Positions 46,795 to 56,323 of a DNA stretch of 64,000 nucleotides are shown here, in pieces. The notes beneath the pieces are model-generated. The model ran no database searches. It was not told the origin of the DNA and saw only the letters and a program-made list of their open reading frames with translations. Both the position numbers and the translations under genes were made by a program. Each line of letters starts with the position of its first letter. The first letter of the stretch is position 1. The DNA is from an uncultured bacterium (GTDB taxonomy: Bacteria > Patescibacteriota > JAHJAL01): assembly GCA_938004065.1 (NCBI GenBank), contig CALKWM010000039.1:1313-65312 (forward strand). Reading direction: 5' to 3'.

Positions 46795-47541
46795 AGAGGC
46801 GATTGCATAAAAATACTAAACGAAAAAATTGATGAAAGATCAGTTGAATTGATTTTTGCCGATCCGCCCTACAATCTTTCGGGAAACGGTTTGAAATGGG
46901 AAGGCAATAAAACAGGTGGTAATTGGTACATGGTCAATGAGGAATGGGACAAAATGACTGCTCCTGAATATATGCAATTTACCCGCAAATGGATCGGGGG
47001 CTGTCATAAAGTTTTGAAAGATAACGGCTCAATTTATATTTCTTGCACTTATCACAATCTTGCAGAGGTGATGATCGTTCTCAAACAACAGGATTTTAAG
47101 ATTAACAATGTCATTGTTTGGCGAAAGACAAATGCTATGCCGAATATGACAAAAAGAGTTTTTACACACTCCACGGAATTTGTCGTCTGGGCCGTAAAAG
47201 GCAAAAAATGGATTTTCAATTATGCAGAATTAAAAAAGATAAATCCTGAAAAACAAAAGGATGGTTCAGAAAAACAAATGAGAGATGTCTGGTCGCTTCC
47301 TTTGGTCCAAGGAAAAGAAAGGTTAAGAGGAAAAGACGGACGCGCTTTGCATCCAACTCAAAAGCCAGAGGAAATGTTAAAACGAATAATTATCGCTTCC
47401 TCAAACAAAGGCGACACTGTTTTAGATCCTTTTTTAGGTAGCGGAACAACGGCCTTTGTTGCTAAAAAATTAAGACGAAATTGGATCGGCATTGAAAAAA
47501 GCGGAAAATATGTTGATATGGCAAATAAAAGAATGAAATAG
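46795..47541 (+). CDS. Beta-class N6-adenine/N4-cytosine DNA methyltransferase (N6_N4_Mtase). The N-terminus is unclear: the first canonical start is TTG at 46849, the conserved GDCIKILNEKIDERSVELIFADPPY begins right after a TGA, and a possible frameshift links it to the ATG at 46658.
   Basis: Motif IV DPPY near the N-terminus, then HPTQKP and FLGSGTT (motif I), which is the beta-class order. The frame was analysed by hand around 46780-46800. Confidence 0.7.
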   Translation, partial: RGDCIKILNEKIDERSVELIFADPPYNLSGNGLKWEGNKTGGNWYMVNEEWDKMTAPEYMQFTRKWIGGCHKVLKDNGSIYISCTYHNLAEVMIVLKQQDFKINNVIVWRKTNAMPNMTKRVFTHSTEFVVWAVKGKKWIFNYAELKKINPEKQKDGSEKQMRDVWSLPLVQGKERLRGKDGRALHPTQKPEEMLKRIIIASSNKGDTVLDPFLGSGTTAFVAKKLRRNWIGIEKSGKYVDMANKRMK

Positions 47542-47951
47542 TCAGGGCTATTTTTCTACTAGCGGCCATTTATAAGATCATTGAGCGAATCAACATCTTT
47601 TTCCTCGAGTAGTGTGCCAAGATGCATATCACTCCTGACACCTAGTGCTACATCATATCGTTTTTCGATAGTACCAACATGTGTATCTGATCATTTTTGG
47701 CGATGGTGACCGTTCTCATTACGAGTGCGGTATCCCTTCATGCCTGAGCATCATTTTTCATGATAACCTCCAGCATTACAGCGAGTGGACTAATCTTCGG
47801 GACAGTTAATCTGCCAGTAGTTATCAGATGTGTCAACGAATAAAGTCTTAATCGCCCTGTTCAATTATTATATTTCCACAACACTATTGTTAATTTTTGA
47901 TATAATTTTTATATAATATTATTACAAGATAGCGAAAGATTGGAGGTAAAA

Positions 47952-48134
47952 ATGTATAAATCTAAATCAGGAATGATTTTTGCTAATTGTGAAGAATGTG
48001 GCGAAGAGCTCAATGAAATGGAACAAGAATTTTGCGACAAGAAATATCTGGAAATTGGTATGTTAAAAGCTATATGCAGTGAATGTTTATCAAAAAACTA
48101 CGAAGGTAAATTTCCATATTTACCGAAAAAGTAA
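47952..48134 (+). CDS. Small zinc-ribbon protein (CxxC..CxxC).
   Basis: CEECG..CSEC. GGAGGT Shine-Dalgarno 6 nt upstream of the ATG. Confidence 0.45.
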   Translation: MYKSKSGMIFANCEECGEELNEMEQEFCDKKYLEIGMLKAICSECLSKNYEGKFPYLPKK

Positions 48135-48206
48135 TTTATAATTAAAATTTAACCACTATCTTGTAATTTTAATATATATGAATAACTTACCCCCGCCGAA
48201 AAAAGA

Positions 48207-48536
48207 GTGATCATCGACAAGGGTACGGAAGCGCCTTTTTCCGGCGAATATGTAAATACCAAAGACGAAGGGGTATATGTCTGCCGGCAGTGCGAAGCGC
48301 CACTTTATCGTTCCCAGGACAAATTTGATTCCGGTTGCGGCTGGCCGAGTTTTGATGACGAGATCGCCGCCGGGGCGGTGAAAAGAGTGCCGGACCCTGA
48401 CGGACAGCGCACGGAAATAGTTTGCGCGCGGTGCGGTGGTCATCTGGGCCATGTTTTCACCGGCGAAAAGTTGACGGCCAAAGATGTGCGGCATTGCGTC
48501 AATTCGATCTCGATGATATTTATTCCCAAAAAATAA
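48207..48536 (+). CDS. msrB: Peptide methionine sulfoxide reductase MsrB; the N-terminus is possibly disrupted by a 1-nt frame change at 48178-48210.
   Basis: [37 protein letters not shown], with CxxC..CGWP and the catalytic Cys in [10 protein letters not shown]. The conserved LTPAEKRV lies in frame upstream with no start, while an ATG ([10 protein letters not shown]) sits in the adjacent frame. Confidence 0.75.
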   Translation: MIIDKGTEAPFSGEYVNTKDEGVYVCRQCEAPLYRSQDKFDSGCGWPSFDDEIAAGAVKRVPDPDGQRTEIVCARCGGHLGHVFTGEKLTAKDVRHCVNSISMIFIPKK

Positions 48537-48540
48537 TAGC

Positions 48541-49032
48541 ATGAATAAAAAGATAATATTGGCCGGGGGCTGTTTCTGGGGACTGGAAGAACTTTTTCGC
48601 CGGCAAAAAGGAGTGCTGGATATCACCGCCGGTTACACCGGCGGAAGCAATGCTGATCCGACCTACGAAAACCATCCCGGTCACGCCGAAGCGCTGGAGA
48701 TCGTGTACGATGACACCCGTACCGATTTTTGGCATTTGCTCGATTTCTTTTTTCAGATCCACGATCCCACCACTTTGAACCGGCAGGGCAATGATTTCGG
48801 CGATTCTTATCGTTCGGCGATATTTTATCAAAACGAGGAGGAGAAAAAGCAGGCCGAAGATTTTATCAAAATTGTCGATGATTCCGGGCGCTGGCCGAAT
48901 CCGGTGGTGACCACGCTGGAGCCGTTTACCGGATTTTATCCGGCCGAAGAATATCATCAGGATTATCTGCAGAAAAATCCGGGTGGCTACACCTGCCATC
49001 GGATTTATTTTGATAGTTATTTGCCGGAATGA
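48541..49032 (+). CDS. msrA: Peptide methionine sulfoxide reductase MsrA.
   Basis: ILAGGCFWGLEELF is the MsrA GCFWG active-site motif. Confidence 0.85.
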   Translation: MNKKIILAGGCFWGLEELFRRQKGVLDITAGYTGGSNADPTYENHPGHAEALEIVYDDTRTDFWHLLDFFFQIHDPTTLNRQGNDFGDSYRSAIFYQNEEEKKQAEDFIKIVDDSGRWPNPVVTTLEPFTGFYPAEEYHQDYLQKNPGGYTCHRIYFDSYLPE

Positions 49033-49035
49033 TTT

Positions 49036-49100
49036 CTGGATCCCCGCCCGCCGCGGCGGGCGGACAGGCCCTATTCCGCCCGAGGCGAATCGAGGATGAT
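49036..49100. repeat. GC-rich palindrome CCGCCCGCCGCGGCGGGCGG plus a MITE-core-like fragment (GGATCCCC..CCGCCCGAGGCG..CGAGGATGA).
   Basis: Perfect 20-bp palindrome immediately after the msrA stop, carrying the core-end motifs of the MITE family. Confidence 0.45.
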
Positions 49101-49270
49101 ACATAAAAGAGAAAAATGCCCGTGAATTTTGGCATTATTTTGCTAATATTCACGGTAAATTGACTTTTTGGCGTGAATTATTAATTGGCGGAAAATTAAT
49201 CATGATTTAATTTTTTGTTTAATCCATATTAATTCTTCCTTGGTATAATTAAAGTGTCTTAGAATAAAAG

Positions 49271-50302
49271 GTGAATAAAATGTCCCGACCAGATTTGCCC
49301 AACCAGAGTGACAAATTTCTCCTCTACACCTCTCCCGCCGGTGAGATAAAAATCGAAGTCTTTTTTCAAGACGAGACTGTCTGGCTCACCCAGAAAAAAA
49401 TGGCGGAATTGTTCGGTGTAGATAAACGCACGATCAGCGAGCATTTAAAGAATATTTACCATAGCGGCGAGTTGAAAGAGAATTCAACTGTCCGGAAATT
49501 CCGGACAGTTCAAAAAGAAGGCGAGAGACAGATAGTCAGAGAAATCGAATACTACAACCTCGACGCTATCATCTCCGTCGGTTACCGAGTCAACTCCTCT
49601 CGCGCCACCCAATTTCGCATTTGGGCCACAAAAACATTGCGGGAGTTCATCATCAAAGGCTTTGTACTCGATGACAATCGTTTGAAAAACGGGCAATATT
49701 TTGGCCAAGATTATTTTCAGGAATTACTGGAGCGTATCCGCTCGATCCGGGCGAGTGAACGAAGGGTGTATCAGAAAATTACCGATATATTTGCCGAATG
49801 CAGTATTGATTATGATGAAAATTCCGAAATAACAAAAAATTTCTATGCCATGATTCAAAATAAATTTCATTTTGCCATTTCCGGCAAAACAGCGGCTGAG
49901 ATAATATACGATCGCGCCAATGCCAAAGAAATGAATATGGGAATGACTACCTGGAAACACGCGCCGAAGGGAAGAATATTAAAATCGGACGCGGTGATTG
50001 CCAAAAATTATTTAGCAGAAAAAGACATCAAACGACTAGAACGAACAGTATCTAGTTATTTTGACTATTTAGAGAATCAAGTGGAAAACCGAGTGACTAT
50101 GACCATGGATTATCTAACGGAGAGTGTTGATAAATTTTTGTCATTCAACGATTATAAGTTATTGGCAGGGAAGGGAAAAGTTTCACAACAAAAAGCCAAG
50201 AAAAAAGCACATTCCGAATATGATAAATTTAATAAGACACAAAAAATAGAATCTGATTTTGATAAATTCTCCCAAAATATATTAAATAAAATTAAACCAT
50301 GA
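49271..50302 (+). CDS. RhuM-family (Virulence_RhuM) protein, typical of mobile islands.
   Basis: [32 protein letters not shown] matches the RhuM signature. Confidence 0.7.
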   Translation: MNKMSRPDLPNQSDKFLLYTSPAGEIKIEVFFQDETVWLTQKKMAELFGVDKRTISEHLKNIYHSGELKENSTVRKFRTVQKEGERQIVREIEYYNLDAIISVGYRVNSSRATQFRIWATKTLREFIIKGFVLDDNRLKNGQYFGQDYFQELLERIRSIRASERRVYQKITDIFAECSIDYDENSEITKNFYAMIQNKFHFAISGKTAAEIIYDRANAKEMNMGMTTWKHAPKGRILKSDAVIAKNYLAEKDIKRLERTVSSYFDYLENQVENRVTMTMDYLTESVDKFLSFNDYKLLAGKGKVSQQKAKKKAHSEYDKFNKTQKIESDFDKFSQNILNKIKP

Positions 50303-51048
50303 TTAAAAAAGAAGAAGTAAAAAATATCGTCAAAAAAAGTTACACCCAAATTGCCAAAGCGGGAAGTTGTTGCGGCTGCAGTTGTGGGCAAAAAGATGAA
50401 TCCGAGCGGATTGCTACTGAAATCGGGTATGCCCAGGATGATATCGCCAAATTTTCCGATGCCAATCTGGGCCTTGGTTGCGGTAATCCGGTGGCGATGG
50501 CGGAGATGAAAGAGGGGGATGTGGTGTTGGATCTTGGATCCGGGGCCGGCTTTGATTGTTTTTTGTCAGTGAGACAAGTGGGGCCATCCGGTCGGGTGAT
50601 TGGAGTAGATATGGTATCGGAGATGGTGGAGAAAGCTAAAGCTAATGCGGATAAGTATGACTACCAAAATGTTGTATTTCATCTGGGCGAGATCGAGCAT
50701 TTGCCGATCGAGGATGGCTTGGTGGATATCGTGATCAGTAATTGCGTGATCAATCTCTCACCGGACAAAGACGCGGTTTTTACCGAAGCTTATCGGGTGT
50801 TAAAACCGGGTGGCAAGATGTTTGTATCAGATATTGTTTTACTCAAAGAATTGCCGGAGGAAGTGCGCAACAATCCGCAACTATTGTCCGGATGTGTCGC
50901 CGGCGCCTTACTCAAAGATGATTATATCGGGAAAGTAAAAAATGCCGGCTTTGAGGTGGAAGTATTGGCGGAGGACAAAGACATCAGCAAGAAGCAATAC
51001 AAAGGGATGCCACTGGAAAGTCTCAAACTGAAAGCAGTCAAGAAATGA
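50299..51048 (+). CDS. ArsM-like SAM-dependent methyltransferase (arsenite methyltransferase family).
   Basis: N-terminal Cys cluster GSCCGCSCG. Motif [15 protein letters not shown] Cys follows in LLSGCVAGA. Conserved Cys residues are characteristic of ArsM. Confidence 0.55.
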   Translation: MIKKEEVKNIVKKSYTQIAKAGSCCGCSCGQKDESERIATEIGYAQDDIAKFSDANLGLGCGNPVAMAEMKEGDVVLDLGSGAGFDCFLSVRQVGPSGRVIGVDMVSEMVEKAKANADKYDYQNVVFHLGEIEHLPIEDGLVDIVISNCVINLSPDKDAVFTEAYRVLKPGGKMFVSDIVLLKELPEEVRNNPQLLSGCVAGALLKDDYIGKVKNAGFEVEVLAEDKDISKKQYKGMPLESLKLKAVKK

Positions 51049-51179
51049 TCGTGTCGGATAATGGAAATTTATGAAGAGTAAATCTTAAAAAAACTTAAAA
51101 ATAGTTACCACCAATTTTGCCTGGACGATCATGACGGGATACTATAAATATATGAATAAATAATATCAAAAGGAGTATC

Positions 51180-51485
51180 GTGGTCAAAAAAAGTGTCGGG
51201 AAAAAAGAAAATATCTGCAATGAAAAATATTGGGAAAAGAAGTTTGGCAAGGATTTTGAAAAGAAAATAGAGAAAAAATTTGCCAATTGGGACAAATGTC
51301 AGGCGAGCAAATGGCATTCCGATTGTGGTATGGGCGGCGGATTCTACTTTTTGGCAATGATTGGCGCGGCGGTCTATTTTGTTCAACAGGCCTCCGGTTT
51401 TTGGCCAACTATCGTCGCGATTCTAAAAGCTATAGTCTGGCCGGCATTTTTGGCTTACGAGGTTTTTTCGCAATTGGCGATGTAA
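51180..51485 (+). CDS. Small hypothetical membrane protein.
   Basis: 101 aa with 2 C-terminal TM helices. Confidence 0.35.
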   Translation: MVKKSVGKKENICNEKYWEKKFGKDFEKKIEKKFANWDKCQASKWHSDCGMGGGFYFLAMIGAAVYFVQQASGFWPTIVAILKAIVWPAFLAYEVFSQLAM

Positions 51486-51520
51486 CATTTCTTTTTGGAA
51501 AAAACTAGTTAACTAATTTT

Positions 51521-52228
51521 ATGACTCAAATCATTAAACAAATCCGCCAGGAGCTAAAGAAAAACAGTGATGTGCACACCGCGTCCACCGGGCAAAAATT
51601 TTTCAAAGAAAAGGTAAAAATCCATGGTGTCAAAACGGCCGTTGTGACGAAAATTGCCAAGGCCTTTGACCGGGATATTTTGGCGATGGATAAAAAGGAA
51701 GTTTTTGAGTTGTGCGAGGAGCTGTGGCGGTCGGGCTACCTGGAAGAATCATTTATTGCCTGTCATTTTTCCTATCGAATCCGCAAAAATTTTGCGCCGG
51801 CTGATTTTAAAATATTTGCCAAATGGGTGAATGATTATGTTTCCAATTGGGCTTCCTGCGACACTTTTTGCAATCACACTATCGGTACTTTGGTAGAAAT
51901 GTATCCAAAGCATCTAGAAAATCTTAAACAATGGGCCAAGTCGGATAATCGCTGGGTGAAAAGAGCGTCGGCCGTCACCCTGATAGTTCCCGCTCGCCAT
52001 GGTAAATTTTTAAAAGACATTTTCGAAATTGCTGATATTATGCTTTTGGATAGCGATGATATGGTCCAAAAAGGTTATGGATGGATGCTCAAAGTCGCCA
52101 GCCAAACATATCAAAAAGAAGTGTTTGAATATGTCATGAAAAATAAAGCCCGGATGCCCCGCACGGCCCTGCGCTACGCGATCGAAAAAATGCCGAAAAA
52201 TTTGAAACTAAGAGCAATGGCGAAATAA
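51521..52228 (+). CDS. DNA alkylation repair protein (AlkD/AlkC-like HEAT-repeat family).
   Basis: 235 aa. Its length, composition and segments such as [30 protein letters not shown] resemble the DNA_alkylation family. Motif-level only. Confidence 0.55.
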   Translation: MTQIIKQIRQELKKNSDVHTASTGQKFFKEKVKIHGVKTAVVTKIAKAFDRDILAMDKKEVFELCEELWRSGYLEESFIACHFSYRIRKNFAPADFKIFAKWVNDYVSNWASCDTFCNHTIGTLVEMYPKHLENLKQWAKSDNRWVKRASAVTLIVPARHGKFLKDIFEIADIMLLDSDDMVQKGYGWMLKVASQTYQKEVFEYVMKNKARMPRTALRYAIEKMPKNLKLRAMAK

Positions 52229-52265
52229 AACAATATCATATAACAATAATCGGGAGAGTAGAACA

Positions 52266-53039
52266 ATGAACGACGAGACCAAATCCATCCATGAATTCGA
52301 TTTTGATCTGATTTGCGAGTATTTTTCCAGTATTGAAAGACAGGGGCCGGGCAGTCCGGAAGTGACGCTCAAGGCACTCAGTTTTGTTGATAGTTTAAAC
52401 GAAAATTCACGCATTGCCGACATCGGCTGTGGGACGGGGGCGCCGACAATGACGCTGGCGCAACATACCACCGGACAGATCACGGGCATAGATATCTTTC
52501 CCACTTTTATCGATTTGTTCAACACCAATACCAAAAATTTGAATTTGGCAGACAGGGTCAAAGGAGTGGTCGGCTCGATGGAAAATTTGCCATTCGGGGA
52601 GGAAAAGCTGGATCTGATCTGGTCGGAAGGGGCGATTTACAATATCGGCTTTGCCAAGGGCTTAGAAGAGTGGCGCCGGTTTTTGAAACCGGGCGGATAT
52701 ATTGCCGTGTCCGAGGCGTCGTGGTTTACTGATGAACGGCCGGAAGAAATCGATAATTTTTGGACAGAAGCTTACGCCGAAATTGACACCATTGCCAACA
52801 AAGTGGCGCAAATGCAAAAGGCCGGTTATGTACCTGTGGCCACTTTTATCCTGCCCGAGAAATGCTGGATCGACAATTTTTATCAGCCGCAAATAACCGC
52901 CCAGGAAATATTCCTACAAAAACACGCCGGTAACAAAACCGCCGAAGAATTTATCGCCAACGAAAGGCGGGAGGCGGAATTATATGATAAATACAAAGAT
53001 TATTACGGCTATGCTTTTTATATTGGTAAAAAAATCTAA
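52266..53039 (+). CDS. Class I SAM-dependent methyltransferase.
   Basis: [13 protein letters not shown] is motif I. Confidence 0.7.
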   Translation: MNDETKSIHEFDFDLICEYFSSIERQGPGSPEVTLKALSFVDSLNENSRIADIGCGTGAPTMTLAQHTTGQITGIDIFPTFIDLFNTNTKNLNLADRVKGVVGSMENLPFGEEKLDLIWSEGAIYNIGFAKGLEEWRRFLKPGGYIAVSEASWFTDERPEEIDNFWTEAYAEIDTIANKVAQMQKAGYVPVATFILPEKCWIDNFYQPQITAQEIFLQKHAGNKTAEEFIANERREAELYDKYKDYYGYAFYIGKKI

Positions 53040-53059
53040 ATCAATAAATAAGGCAAACC

Positions 53060-53398
53060 ATGGACGACCAAGTCAAAAAGTATTTTGCCAAACTTGAATC
53101 CCCGCAAAAAGAGATATTGGAAAAAGTCAGGCAAACAATACAAAAATCGGCACCAGAAGCTTCGGAAAAATTAAGTTATGGTGTTCCTTCCTTTGTTCTG
53201 AAGGGCGGTTCGATCATGTATGCCGCTTTCAAAACCCACATCGGCCTCTATCCCGAGCCGGCGACAATCAAAAAATTTGCCAAAGAATTAAAAGATTACG
53301 AAACTGCCAAAGGGACGATCAAATTTCCCATCGACAAATCAGTTCCATACGATTTAATTGAAAAAATTACTAAATACAAAAACAAACCAAAAACATAA
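53060..53398 (+). CDS. DUF1801 (YdhG-like) small protein.
   Basis: SYGVPSFVLKGGSIMYAAFKTHIGLYP is typical of DUF1801. Confidence 0.5.
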   Translation: MDDQVKKYFAKLESPQKEILEKVRQTIQKSAPEASEKLSYGVPSFVLKGGSIMYAAFKTHIGLYPEPATIKKFAKELKDYETAKGTIKFPIDKSVPYDLIEKITKYKNKPKT

Positions 53399-53434
53399 GC
53401 CGACACAAAACAGTTTTATACTTTTTTTTCAATT

Positions 53435-53782
53435 TCACCTCACCTGCGCCATTAGATCGCAGTCGGGTTTGATATAGACCGAGTAGATGCCATTGATCCA
53501 GTAGCGGTCAAATGACATATGGGTTTCCAGCCGGCCGGTGATCGGGGTCTGGGGAAAGATCCAAAAATAGCGGTTTTCCTGAAAAGTGCCGGATATTTTT
53601 TGCTGAGTTTTGGGGATCAACTTAACTTCAAATGTCTGCGGATACCCACGGCCAAAATTGCCGATGATTTTGGTGTACTGATTTTTGGGACAAAAGGTTT
53701 CTCTCATTTTTTTGATGTCAATTGAATAAAAAAATACTATAAAGAAATTGAAGAACAGATTTATAATGTGTCGGGTTAACAT
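53435..53782 (-). CDS. hypothetical protein.
   Basis: 115-aa ORF, GC-moderate. No motif recognised. Confidence 0.35.
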   Translation of the reverse strand: MLTRHIINLFFNFFIVFFYSIDIKKMRETFCPKNQYTKIIGNFGRGYPQTFEVKLIPKTQQKISGTFQENRYFWIFPQTPITGRLETHMSFDRYWINGIYSVYIKPDCDLMAQVR

Positions 53783-53890
53783 TCATATCCTATTTGGTGT
53801 ATCTCGATTGAGGGAATGATATTGATTATGACGGGGATGATTATGTGGTTTATAAATATTTAGTCCACGCAGAAGGGGAATATAATCTTA

Positions 53891-54313
53891 TTAATCAAAA
53901 AATGATTTGATAGAAGTTGAGTGATTGGTTTGAGGTGTAATTACTTGATGGCAGTTTGATAGTTGACCACCAAAACAACCTGGTTTGCTACCACCTATAT
54001 AAACCAATACGTATCCCAGTCCGTTGCAGTCACATTGGTAACGGTTAATGACGATCCTGTCCATACCATCAGCTACCGGACCGGAAGAGTAGTATATTTT
54101 TTTGTTGGTAAAAAAATAAACTGTTAAAATGACAAGAAGGGCCAGAGATAATGCGATTTTAAGCCGAAAATTGGAAATAAATAGCACCGAATAGCTGAGT
54201 GTAGCTATAAGTCCTACAAAAACAATATCAAACTTGATAAAAGTATGTAAAAACAACCAGATGATCAACCAAAAGAGAATAAAATACAGCAGAAAACGAT
54301 AATCAATTCTCAT
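53891..54313 (-). CDS. Small hypothetical membrane protein.
   Basis: Three N-terminal TM helices. Confidence 0.4.
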   Translation of the reverse strand: MRIDYRFLLYFILFWLIIWLFLHTFIKFDIVFVGLIATLSYSVLFISNFRLKIALSLALLVILTVYFFTNKKIYYSSGPVADGMDRIVINRYQCDCNGLGYVLVYIGGSKPGCFGGQLSNCHQVITPQTNHSTSIKSFFD

Positions 54314-54408
54314 TATATGTTATTGATAAAAAGTATTCTGTTTATATAATAACAAAATCACTCCTATCAGCAATATTCGCCAATCGCAACAATCGTTTAA
54401 AAAAAATC

Positions 54409-55035
54409 TTAGGATTTTGTGGCAAAAATATTTACCCACTGATCTAAAGTCTCTTCAAATATGTTCGTTGAAATTTTGATAATTTTGAAATCACAAGACA
54501 ATAACAATTTTTTTAATTCATCTTTGCTATAAAAAGCAAAAAATTTGGATCTACCATCTTTATATCTCTTATTAACAACATTTTTTTCACCATTTCCCTG
54601 TTTGACGGAGATATACAACAATCCTTGCGGTCGGAGAACTCTATGAAATCCCTGCAAGGTATTTTTGGCCTGTTTTTTGGGGATATGCAAAAACGAAGCA
54701 CAAGACCAGATGCCATCAAAACTCTCGTCCGCAAAACCCAGATTTCTCATGTCCATTTTTTTGAAATTCGCTTTGGGAGCGTTAGTGACCGCCAGCTTGA
54801 TAAAATTAGCGGTCATATCAATTCCGGTTACTTCCAATCCGTGTTCTAAAAAATACCTAGCATCACGGCCCGGACCACAACCGATATCCAAGACTTTATG
54901 GCCGGGAATGTTTTCTAAAAAATAATCCGCCAAATCTTTGATAATATTTATGTCATTTCGAGCATTGAAATAATCTTTTGCGGTTTTTTCATATGTTTGA
55001 ATGGTTTTGGCGACTTCGTCTTCTTGATTTAACAT
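54409..55035 (-). CDS. Class I SAM-dependent methyltransferase.
   Basis: VLDIGCGPGRDARYF is motif I; VTGIDM is the post-I acidic residue. Confidence 0.7.
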   Translation of the reverse strand: MLNQEDEVAKTIQTYEKTAKDYFNARNDINIIKDLADYFLENIPGHKVLDIGCGPGRDARYFLEHGLEVTGIDMTANFIKLAVTNAPKANFKKMDMRNLGFADESFDGIWSCASFLHIPKKQAKNTLQGFHRVLRPQGLLYISVKQGNGEKNVVNKRYKDGRSKFFAFYSKDELKKLLLSCDFKIIKISTNIFEETLDQWVNIFATKS

Positions 55036-55065
55036 TTCTAAACAATAAAAATTATAAAGTCAATT

Positions 55066-55160
55066 TATAAGTAGTACTTGTGATTTTTTTATCTGTCATC
55101 CTCGAGTCGAAAGCGAGGAACGAGTGATTAGACATCGGGGATCCATTCCATATTTCATAT
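55066..55160. mobile_element. Partial/degenerate MITE copy (core GTCATCCTCGAGTCGAAAGCGAGGAACGAG..CATCGGGGATCC).
   Basis: Similarity to the core and left TIR region of the other copies. Confidence 0.5.
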
Positions 55161-55253
55161 TTGTAATTATTGTCAATCTTCTGTTTGCATAACTGAAGTG
55201 TTAATGTCTGGTATAATATTATTATAATATATTTGTTGTTTTGGAGTACAAAA

Positions 55254-55562
55254 ATGAAACATTGCGAAGCATGCGGGATGCCGATGAGTGAACCGTCACA
55301 TTTTGCCAAAGGGGATGAAAATTCGCAGTTTTGTCTCTATTGCGTCAATGAGGACGGTAGTGTCAAAACCAGTACCGAAATATTTGAAGGTGGAGTACAA
55401 TATTTTATGACTCAAGTTGGCGACGATCGGCCATTGGCGGAGCGAATCACTCGCAAAAATATGAATATGCAAAGTTACTGGCAGGGTAAAAACGAACCAA
55501 TATTGCAGGGTGAACAAGCTACCGATGAGGAGTTTACGGAATTGATGAAAAAGATGGGGTAA
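55254..55562 (+). CDS. Zinc-ribbon domain protein.
   Basis: CEACGMP..CLYC, two CxxC pairs. Confidence 0.45.
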   Translation: MKHCEACGMPMSEPSHFAKGDENSQFCLYCVNEDGSVKTSTEIFEGGVQYFMTQVGDDRPLAERITRKNMNMQSYWQGKNEPILQGEQATDEEFTELMKKMG

Positions 55563-55605
55563 AATTTTTGTATATAATAAAATCATTATCATTCTTTTTT
55601 TTCCT

Positions 55606-56151
55606 ATGCCCAAAAAATTTCACATCTTATTTTTATTTCCTTTCCTATTTTTCCTCTCCTCCTGTGCGCCTCAATCACCCACTGAGAAAATAAACCACAC
55701 TTCCATCTCACACGATCCGGTCTATACCATCGGCAATGAGTCAGCCGATCAAGCGGTGCAGGAATATTTTCAATCGCAAACTGATTTTAGTTGGCAGACC
55801 GAGGAGGAATCTAAGAATATATGCGTGTTTGACAAACTCGATCAAAACGAGCTCTTTCCACATTATCTCTGGGTGCATTGTAGCGAGTTTAAATTGGTTG
55901 ATGGTAAAGTCAGGGAATTAAGCGGATCCTCAATACCGGCTAAAATCGATTACCCCAATGAATTATCATTTTTTGACCCAGCCAAATTCACCCACGAAAT
56001 TCCCGGCAGTGGAACCAACTACCCGACAGACATCAGAAAAATTTTCCCGGATGATATCGAAAATCTGGCTCTAAGTTATGACGCGACCGCCATCAGCGAA
56101 TATATCAAACAAGTGGCGGAGGCAGATTTGACAACTGCCATAACAGAGTAA
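55606..56151 (+). CDS. hypothetical lipoprotein.
   Basis: Lipobox FFLSSCAP. Confidence 0.5.
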   Translation: MPKKFHILFLFPFLFFLSSCAPQSPTEKINHTSISHDPVYTIGNESADQAVQEYFQSQTDFSWQTEEESKNICVFDKLDQNELFPHYLWVHCSEFKLVDGKVRELSGSSIPAKIDYPNELSFFDPAKFTHEIPGSGTNYPTDIRKIFPDDIENLALSYDATAISEYIKQVAEADLTTAITE

Positions 56152-56179
56152 TTGTTTCTCAAATTACACGATATATAAA

Positions 56180-56323
56180 TTAATGAGTAGTGCTAAATAA
56201 AAATAAGAAATATGGTATGGATCCCCGATCCGCCCGAGGCGGACAGGTTGTCTAATCGCTCGTTCCTCGCTTTCGACTCGAGGATGACAGATAAGAAAAT
56301 TAATTAGCATTACTCATTATTTA
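56180..56323 (-). mobile_element. Complete MITE copy (~144 bp) in inverted orientation, abutting the stop codon of the PEP-enzyme gene.
   Basis: TIRs TTAATGAGTAGTGCTAA / TTAGCATTACTCATTA. Core GGATCCCCGATCCGCCCGAGGCGGACAGG..CGACTCGAGGATGACAG. Confidence 0.7.

Noticed and set aside
49230-49245. Extended -10 (TGGTATAAT) promoter for the RhuM-family gene.
   Set aside because: Plausible, but in AT-rich DNA TATAAT-like hexamers are frequent, and there is no clear -35. It is not reliable enough to annotate.
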